From Methanomicrobiales archaeon (GTDB lineage Archaea > Halobacteriota > Methanomicrobia > Methanomicrobiales > Methanospirillaceae): a stretch of 11,201 nt of DNA. The translations under genes were made by a program, and so were the position numbers. Positions 4,946 to 11,201 of the stretch are shown here, piece after piece. The stretch spans positions 1 to 11,201 of the forward strand of contig JBAXJR010000061.1 in NCBI GenBank assembly GCA_037137755.1, given 5' to 3'. The notes beneath the pieces were generated by a model, which saw nothing but the letters and a program-made list of their open reading frames with translations, was not told the DNA's origin and did no database searches. How positions within the stretch are numbered: position 1 is the stretch's first letter; every line of letters begins with the position of its first letter.

Positions 4946-7153
4946 ATGAAGATTCCACAGAAAGAATGGCTGCCCCTCGTCCTAATTGTCCTCCTGACTC
5001 TTGCTGCCCTGGTAATCAGTGTCATCTCACTTGTCTTCGGATGGCAGACCATTTTCCAGAACCTGTTCTATTTCCCCATCATCATCGCATGCATCTATTA
5101 CATGAAGCGGGGGTTGGTGTTCTCGGTGCTCCTCGCATTTTGTTATTTTGTCCTGATGGCAATGTTCTCCAATGATCCCGTCATTCTCGAAGGAGCCCTG
5201 GTACGGGTGCTGATCTTTATTCTGGTCGCAGGGGTGATTACCTATCTTTCCATGGTCCGGGAACGGGCGGAGGAGTCACAACGGGAATCGGAAACCCGAC
5301 TTGCTGAAATTATCGATTTCCTGCCAGACCCTACCTTTGTCATTGATAAAGACGGGAAGGTGATCGCATGGAATTACGCAATCGCCAACCTTCTTGGTGT
5401 TGAAGCGTCAGAAATTATCGGAAAAGGAGATTATGAGCATGCCTTCCGGATGTTCGGGCACCGCCGACCGGTATTGATAGATCTCATTCTCAATGAGAAT
5501 GATACAGTGATAAAAAAACACTATCCGAATCTCCACAGGGAGCGGGGCATGCTCATGGCAGAGCTTGATATTCCCTACCTCCGTGGAAAGCATAACGTTT
5601 TGTGGATCATTGCAACCCCGCTGTACAATTCATATGGTGAGATTACCGGGGCAATAGAATCGATGAGGGATATCACCCGTATCCACGATACAGAAAATGA
5701 GCTCAGGGAATCCCACCAGTTACTTTCAGATATTATTGATTTCCTGCCAGACCCTACCTTTGCCATAGACATATCAGGTTCAGTCATTGCGTGGAATAGG
5801 GCGATAGAAGAGATGCTGGAGATATCAAAGGCAGAGATGCTCGGGAAGAGTAACTATGCGTACTCGGTGCCCTTCTACGGTTATATTCGACCCAGTCTTA
5901 TCGATCTCGTCCTCCAAGAAGATTTGGAAATGGAAAAGAAATATACGACCCTGACCCGGAAGGGGGACCAGTTGATTGCGGAAGTGTTTATGGAAAACCT
6001 GAACAGGGGAAAGGGTGAAGATCTATGGTTGGTTGCCTCACCACTCTATGACCGGAATGGAAAGGTCAAGGGTGCGATTGAATCCATCAGGATTGTTACC
6101 GACCGGAAACATGCAGAAGAGGAACTCCGCCAGTCACGCCAGATCCTTGAAGCTATAATTAACACACTCCCGGTCAGGGTCTTCTGGAAGGATAAGAATC
6201 TCACCTTCCTTGGTTGCAACACCTTGTTTGCCCGGGACGCGGGCTTCGAAAAACCGGAGCAGATTATAGGGAAGGACGATTTTGTCATGGGATGGTGGGA
6301 ACAGGCCGATCTCTACCGTGCCGATGACCGTTTTGTTATCGAAAGCGGGATACCAAAACTCTTAATCGAAGAACTTCAGACCACCCCATCAGGAGAACGG
6401 ATTAACCTCCTGACAAGTAAGGTCCCATTAAAGGATGCAGAGGGACAAATCATTGGTGTGTTGGGGACCTACCTTGATATCACCGACCGCAAAAAAGCCG
6501 AGGAATCTCTCCACCAGGTGAACAAAAAGCTCAACCTTCTTTCCAGCATTACCCGGCACGATATTAACAACCAGCTCACGGTATTGAATGGGTTTCTATC
6601 ATTTTTAGGTAAAAAAATTGTGGATCCAACGCTTGAAGGCTATTTCACCAAGGTTACGAATGCGAGTTCCCGGATTGCGTCCATGATCCAGTTCACCAAG
6701 ACCTATGAAAATATCGGGGTCAAGGAACCTACCTGGCATGAGACCCGGGCGCTTATAGATGCGGCAGCGAAAGACGTTGCAATGAGGAACATACAACTCG
6801 TGAACGATCTACCTCCTGGCGCTGAACTATATGCAGACCCGCTTATTGTGAAGGTATTTTACAACCTGATGGACAATGCTACAAAATATGGGGGAGAAGG
6901 GATGACACGCATCCGGTTTTCATCCCACGAATCGAATGGTGGACTGGTGATCGTATGCGAAGATGATGGGGCAGGAATATCACCCGATGATAAGACACGT
7001 CTGTTTGAACGGGGTTTTGGGAAAAACACCGGGCTGGGATTATTCCTTTCGCGTGAGATCCTTGAGATTACCGGTATAACAATCAACGAGACAAGCGGGC
7101 CAGGGAAAGGGGCACGGTTTGAGATGACGGTGCCGAAGGGGATGTACCGGTAA
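4946..7153 (+). CDS. Membrane-bound sensor histidine kinase with three PAS/PAC domains
   Basis: About 4 N-terminal TM segments; PAS starts IIDFLPDPTF (twice) and IINTLPVRVFWKD; H-box SITRHDINNQL, N-box FYNLMDNATKYG, G1 EDDGAGI, G2 TGLGL. The ATG at 4946 has a GGAGCGG RBS and is preferred over 4880. Confidence 0.95.
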   Translation: MKIPQKEWLPLVLIVLLTLAALVISVISLVFGWQTIFQNLFYFPIIIACIYYMKRGLVFSVLLAFCYFVLMAMFSNDPVILEGALVRVLIFILVAGVITYLSMVRERAEESQRESETRLAEIIDFLPDPTFVIDKDGKVIAWNYAIANLLGVEASEIIGKGDYEHAFRMFGHRRPVLIDLILNENDTVIKKHYPNLHRERGMLMAELDIPYLRGKHNVLWIIATPLYNSYGEITGAIESMRDITRIHDTENELRESHQLLSDIIDFLPDPTFAIDISGSVIAWNRAIEEMLEISKAEMLGKSNYAYSVPFYGYIRPSLIDLVLQEDLEMEKKYTTLTRKGDQLIAEVFMENLNRGKGEDLWLVASPLYDRNGKVKGAIESIRIVTDRKHAEEELRQSRQILEAIINTLPVRVFWKDKNLTFLGCNTLFARDAGFEKPEQIIGKDDFVMGWWEQADLYRADDRFVIESGIPKLLIEELQTTPSGERINLLTSKVPLKDAEGQIIGVLGTYLDITDRKKAEESLHQVNKKLNLLSSITRHDINNQLTVLNGFLSFLGKKIVDPTLEGYFTKVTNASSRIASMIQFTKTYENIGVKEPTWHETRALIDAAAKDVAMRNIQLVNDLPPGAELYADPLIVKVFYNLMDNATKYGGEGMTRIRFSSHESNGGLVIVCEDDGAGISPDDKTRLFERGFGKNTGLGLFLSREILEITGITINETSGPGKGARFEMTVPKGMYR
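5309..5762 (+). repeat. Dispersed 31-nt direct repeat (5309-5339 and 5732-5762) at the starts of PAS1 and PAS2
   Basis: ATTAT(C/T)GATTTCCTGCCAGACCCTACCTTTG, 30 of 31 nt identical, 423 nt (141 codons) apart. Confidence 0.9.
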
Positions 7154-7198
7154 TGTTCCGTTAGCGACTTGTTTCCCGGGTTATTTTATAGCCATTAC

Positions 7199-7603
7199 TC
7201 ATTTTACGCAATCGATATCCGGAGAATAGGGCTTGATATCCACTACCGGGGTCCCATCAATAGCATCCAGTCCACGAACTATGAGCACATTCCCCTTAAG
7301 GGCAAGCAGATCTACCACTGATAATCCCACCGGGTTAGGACGATTTGGTGAACGGGTGGCAAATACCCCATGCTCAATTTTTTCATGCGGTGGTGTTGCC
7401 TTAAGCATCGTCCGATCTGCCTGGTCGAACCAGCACAGGACGATGAGGTGTAACTTCTTCTCGACATCTTCAAGTCCGGGGAGATATTGCTCATCAATAA
7501 CAATCTCCGAAATGGTATCTGACAACCTTCCCTGCCGGGGTGCTTCCTTCTTTTCCTTGTAGGGGGATCGTACATACCCAATTGGCCGAATTTCAAAATT
7601 CAT
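7199..7603 (-). CDS. tsaA: TsaA/TrmO (YaeB, UPF0066)-like SAM-binding protein, single-domain form
   Basis: Motifs IRPIGYVRSPY, APRQG, GVFATRSPNRPNPVGLSVV and GLDAIDGTPVVDIKPY. Start is at 7603 or 7615. tRNA methyltransferase activity is not shown by the sequence. Confidence 0.92.
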   Translation of the reverse strand: MNFEIRPIGYVRSPYKEKKEAPRQGRLSDTISEIVIDEQYLPGLEDVEKKLHLIVLCWFDQADRTMLKATPPHEKIEHGVFATRSPNRPNPVGLSVVDLLALKGNVLIVRGLDAIDGTPVVDIKPYSPDIDCVK

Positions 7604-7696
7604 GGTTCCACGCATCCAAAATATCTTCCATCTGTATCATTAATAGCCAGCAGCAATAAGGGGCAAAAGACAGACAGGGTTTCGTAAATCCTTTTC

Positions 7697-8443
7697 CTAC
7701 ATCCCCTTCATCATATTCCTTTTCTGGATGACCCGTGCAGCAACAATAAACACGACAGAGACACCGAAAAGCACACCACAGTCAGTAAGAGGAGATAATA
7801 CTGATGTCCCGGACATTGCCGCATTGAACAGATCGACAAGGTATGTAAGCGGGGAACAGTACGCAAGGGTGAGCGCCCAGCCCTCCATCTGCCCAAGAGG
7901 GACAAATATTCCTGATATGAAGATAAGCGGGAACCGGATCAGGTTGGAAAGGATCATGATGTTTGGCGGGCTGTCCGATGCCGGTGATGCAAGCAATGCC
8001 CCCAGTGCGGCACAAGAAAGCGTACCAAGAATAAAAGCAAGGATAAACAGGCCCCAGTTCGTGATCCCAACCGAAATGAACAGGGTACTCGCTATCCAGA
8101 CCAGCAGCGAGATACCGATACCGAATACCGCCCCTGCCACGACATCGCCAAGGATGATGCTGTCCTGTGTCACCGGGTATGAGAGGAGCCGTTCGTATGT
8201 CTTTTCCCGTTTCTCCCAGGGTGTGATGAGAGGACCCACCGATGATGCGGTAAAAAACAACATCATCGCGAGAAACGCCGGGAAGTACGTAGTAAGGTCA
8301 AGATGGCGGCCAACGAAGAACGCGAAGAACATGAAGAGCGGGAAGAGAAGCCCGAACATCAGGACGGGCGGTTTGGTATAGTAAAGTCTCATGTTTTTCC
8401 CGGTGATAACAACGATGCCACGGAGAAACAGCGGGACCTCCAT
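7697..8443 (-). CDS. ABC-2 type exporter permease
   Basis: About 6 hydrophobic segments; EKREKTYERLLSYPV loop; FISGIFVPL and SPLTYLVD motifs. The ATG at 8443 overlaps the ATPase stop (TAATG), suggesting translational coupling. Confidence 0.92.
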   Translation of the reverse strand: MEVPLFLRGIVVITGKNMRLYYTKPPVLMFGLLFPLFMFFAFFVGRHLDLTTYFPAFLAMMLFFTASSVGPLITPWEKREKTYERLLSYPVTQDSIILGDVVAGAVFGIGISLLVWIASTLFISVGITNWGLFILAFILGTLSCAALGALLASPASDSPPNIMILSNLIRFPLIFISGIFVPLGQMEGWALTLAYCSPLTYLVDLFNAAMSGTSVLSPLTDCGVLFGVSVVFIVAARVIQKRNMMKGM

Positions 8444-9360
8444 TATACACACTCCGTTATCTGGACAAAGGCCTCTTCAAGGCTCGGACCGGATGTCGAA
8501 AGAGAGGTAATTCCAATCGAATCACGTTCAGCACGTCCCACAAGGTATTTTAAAACCTGGTCCGGGTTGTCGGTATACAACCGCCACTTGTCACCACATG
8601 GTTCTGCCCGCAAAATCCCATCTGCTGCGAACAAATCCCGGGTAACGGGGCGGTCAAAGGAGACTTCAACCGATTGCGTGGTATCGAACATTTTCTTGAG
8701 CCGTTCAGGACTATCCCGGGCAACAATCTTCCCTTTATTAATGATACAGACCGTCTGGCAGAGTGTGTTCGCCTCTTCAATATTGTGCGTTGTAAGGAAG
8801 ATCGTGCTGCCCAGTTCGTTCATCTCATGGATGGTCTCTATTACGAGCCTCCGGCTTTGGACGTCAAGCCCGCTGGTCGGTTCATCAAGGAACAGGACGC
8901 TGGGCCGGTGGATGATGGCGCATGCGATACTGACCCGCTGTTTCATCCCTTTCGAAAATGTCCGGACAGGAAAGCGTCGTTTTTCAGAAAGGCCCATCTT
9001 TAAGAGTATCTCGTGAACCCGATCGTCCCGGAGAGCCCGGGGCATACCATACATCTTCCCGCTCAGCTGGAGGTTCTGTTCCGCTGAAAGGTCACCGTAC
9101 ACCGTGCTGTTCTCCGGAATGACCCCCATCTGCATCTTTGCTTCGAGCGGGTGCCGGTGGATATCGATACCGTTGATATGGACGGTTCCTCTATCTGGCG
9201 TGAGAACCCCGGTAAGCAGTCGGATCGTGGTAGTCTTCCCGGCCCCGTTGGGCCCGAGAAACCCGAATATTTCACCTTCCTTAACGGACAGGTTGACATC
9301 ATCAACGGCATGCACCGGTCCAAATGTCTTCTTCAGGTGTTCAGCCCGGATTGCATCCAT
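8443..9360 (-). CDS. ABC-2 type exporter ATP-binding subunit (DrrA-like)
   Basis: Walker A GPNGAGKT, signature FSKGMKQ, Walker B LFLDEPTSGLD, H-loop TTHNIEE, C-terminal PSLEEAF. Confidence 0.96.
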   Translation of the reverse strand: MDAIRAEHLKKTFGPVHAVDDVNLSVKEGEIFGFLGPNGAGKTTTIRLLTGVLTPDRGTVHINGIDIHRHPLEAKMQMGVIPENSTVYGDLSAEQNLQLSGKMYGMPRALRDDRVHEILLKMGLSEKRRFPVRTFSKGMKQRVSIACAIIHRPSVLFLDEPTSGLDVQSRRLVIETIHEMNELGSTIFLTTHNIEEANTLCQTVCIINKGKIVARDSPERLKKMFDTTQSVEVSFDRPVTRDLFAADGILRAEPCGDKWRLYTDNPDQVLKYLVGRAERDSIGITSLSTSGPSLEEAFVQITECV

Positions 9361-9671
9361 AGTTGTCCCCAGGAGACCATACCCCGGCAGGTCGCAAGCA
9401 TTCGTTCGTAGTCATTAAAATCACACTTCGTGAGTTGTAGTTGAATAAATTTCCTTATGCAAAATCAGATATTTGGATTTGGATTTTCTTCTTCAATCAC
9501 TTGATCTTTTGTATTTGTCATTTCCTGCCGGACATGTCAGCCACAGTGCAAATTGGACGATTGTACTTTTTACATGAAAAAAAGATCGAAAAGCCGGAAA
9601 GTATTCACCTTTTATCACGAACCGGGCTAAAAAGAAACTATTATGCTGTTGGGAGCGAAAAAAATGATGTA

Positions 9672-10832
9672 ATGAAAAATGCATTCCATATCATGCTCAT
9701 CCCGACACTGGGTTGTCCCTCGAAGTGCAGTTATTGCTGGAGTTCGGAGGAAGGGTCACCGGTGATGAGCATTGAGACGGTACAGGAAGTTGTCAACTGG
9801 CTTAAAAACCTCAACGAGGACCGGGTCACCTTCACGTTCCACGGCGGGGAACCACTTCTTGCCGGGGCTGATTTTTACCGGAATGCATTACCCCTGCTGT
9901 CAAATGGGTTAAAACACTTAAAACCGGAATTTGCGATGCAGACCAACCTCTGGAAAATGACCCCGGAAATTGCCCGGGTCCTTGCAGAATACCATGTCCC
10001 GATCGGGTCAAGCATCGACGGCCCCGAGGATATCAATGATTCCCAGAGGGGGGACGGTTACTTCCGGAAGACCATGAACGGGTACAAAATAGCGAGAGAA
10101 AATGGTCTTACGGTCAGGTTCATCTGCACATTCACGTGTGAATCGGTGAAATCCAGGGAGGAAATAGTTGATTTCTTCCACCGGAACGGGTTTGTCCTCA
10201 AACTGCACCCTGCTCTGCCCTCGTTGCGATCAGAAAACCCAAAACAATGGGCCCTTGATCCGGAAGTATACGGGGACCTTCTCGTGTACCTGCTGGACAA
10301 GTCACTCGAGCACTTCGGGGACATGGAGATCATGAACATCAATGACCTCTGCAGATGCGTATTCACCCGGCATGGCTCAGTCTGCACCTACGTGGACTGT
10401 ATGGGGAGCACATTTGCCATCGGGCCGGACGGCAGCATTTATCCCTGTTACCGCTTTGTCGGGATGCCGGAATATATCATGGGGAATGTACGTGATCACC
10501 CCAATCCTGAAGATCTTGCCCGGTCCGGGCCGGGGAAGCTGATGGCCAGCTATAAGGAATACGTGGACAGGGAATGCAGCGGATGTTCTCATATCACGTA
10601 CTGCAGGGGGGGGTGCCCGTACAATGCGATTGCACCGACAGAAGGTGAAATAAAGGGTGTTGACCCCCACTGTATCGCGTATAAACGAATATTTGATGAG
10701 ATCAGCGATCGGCTCGACCGGGAGATGTTTGAATCACCACCCATGGAAATGGCAGGGTTCCGCCTGGGTCATGGAAAAAGAAAGAAACCTGGCGTAATGG
10801 CACTGATGCACAGGTCAGTGTCGGATTATTAG
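9672..10832 (+). CDS. Radical SAM/SPASM enzyme resembling TIGR04083 (putative peptide-modifying rSAM of methanogens, Mhun_1560 family)
   Basis: CxxxCxxC (CPSKCSYC), FHGGEPLL, QTN and SIDGP motifs. SPASM cysteines in GPDGSIYPCYRF and CSGCSHITYCRGGCP...DPHC. The MKNAFHIMLIPTLGCP start matches my recollection of the family, so ATG 9672 is preferred over TTG 9441. rSAM/SPASM is firm; the subfamily is from recall. Confidence 0.92.
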   Translation: MKNAFHIMLIPTLGCPSKCSYCWSSEEGSPVMSIETVQEVVNWLKNLNEDRVTFTFHGGEPLLAGADFYRNALPLLSNGLKHLKPEFAMQTNLWKMTPEIARVLAEYHVPIGSSIDGPEDINDSQRGDGYFRKTMNGYKIARENGLTVRFICTFTCESVKSREEIVDFFHRNGFVLKLHPALPSLRSENPKQWALDPEVYGDLLVYLLDKSLEHFGDMEIMNINDLCRCVFTRHGSVCTYVDCMGSTFAIGPDGSIYPCYRFVGMPEYIMGNVRDHPNPEDLARSGPGKLMASYKEYVDRECSGCSHITYCRGGCPYNAIAPTEGEIKGVDPHCIAYKRIFDEISDRLDREMFESPPMEMAGFRLGHGKRKKPGVMALMHRSVSDY

Positions 10833-10834
10833 AC

Positions 10835-10842
10835 TTTTTTTT
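10835..10842 (+). terminator. Oligo-T terminator after the rSAM gene
   Basis: T8 tract begins 3 nt after the TAG stop. Confidence 0.55.
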
Positions 10843-11118
10843 ACGAATGCAAGTCATTTTCCTGCTATTACCGTAACGTTCGGACACCAGGACGAGTAGG
10901 TATCATTTCCTCATCGTGGCTGTTTCCCCAACGTGTCCGGAAATCCTGATCCGGTGAGTCCGGATAGCAAATTGCCGATAAGAGCGCTCAATACAATATA
11001 TATAAGAAAACATCTGCACAATTTTTTTTTAGTTAATGAAATATAACATTCGTTGATCCCCGCGTTATGCCTTCCTTTTTTTAATCCAGCGAAAATAACG
11101 CCAGAAAACCCTCAAATC

Positions 11119-11146
11119 GTTTCGAAACCTTTAATTAAGTTATAAC
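11119..11146 (+). promoter_or_regulatory. Candidate BRE/TATA promoter for a transcript leaving the window
   Basis: CGAAACC followed by TTTAATTA fits an archaeal BRE-TATA arrangement. The downstream gene is not visible. Confidence 0.45.
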
Positions 11147-11201
11147 CAACCTCTTAATTGAACCACAAAGGGTTTGTACTCGATGTGAGTCGTAATGCAG
11201 C

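Noticed and set aside
7728-9418. Long plus-strand ORFs (217, 237, 109, 104 aa)
   Set aside because: Antisense shadows of the well-supported ABC permease and ATPase genes.
9333-9521. Minus-strand frame MTNTKDQVIEEENPNPNI-TGA-FCIRKF...GLNT, a possible selenocysteine read-through peptide
   Set aside because: No SECIS-like element or selenoprotein similarity seen, and Sec is not known in the inferred lineage; most likely chance.
9441-9671. 77-codon in-frame N-terminal extension of the rSAM ORF (track start TTG 9441)
   Set aside because: AT-rich and not protein-like, it occupies the divergent promoter region, and the family-like sequence begins at MKNAFH (9672).
10830-10949. Pyrrolysine read-through of the rSAM TAG stop
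   Set aside because: A T8 terminator-like tract follows immediately, and the extension is not protein-like.
10833-11118. Search for a TIGR04165-like CxxCG precursor peptide downstream of the rSAM
   Set aside because: Manual reading of ATG-started frames found only short ORFs (longest about 36 aa, minus strand from 11013), none with CxxC motifs or a clear RBS.

Overview
This 11.2 kb window looks like methanogenic archaeal chromosome, most consistent with Methanomicrobiales. That assignment is inferred from the gene families and histidine-kinase motif style and was not checked against a database. In order, it contains: the 5' end of a truncated minus-strand hypothetical gene; a secreted Pro/Thr-rich repeat protein with a C-terminal lamin-tail-like domain; a small DUF1059-like metal-binding protein; an MBL-fold hydrolase; a 78-aa peptide with 9 Cys and 7 His; an Mrp/NBP35 Fe-S carrier ATPase; a small winged-helix-like protein; a membrane 3xPAS histidine kinase; and a minus-strand unit (ABC-2 ATPase, permease, TsaA/TrmO-like SAM-binding protein) transcribed divergently from a radical SAM/SPASM enzyme resembling TIGR04083. 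The best candidate for an undescribed system is a methanogen peptide-modification and export locus (rSAM/SPASM, ABC exporter, SAM-binding protein), with the Cys/His-rich peptide as a possible substrate. Alternatively that peptide is a metallothionein-like member of a metal/Fe-S handling cluster. These links rest on proximity only. I saw no rRNA, tRNA, CRISPR array or mobile element.
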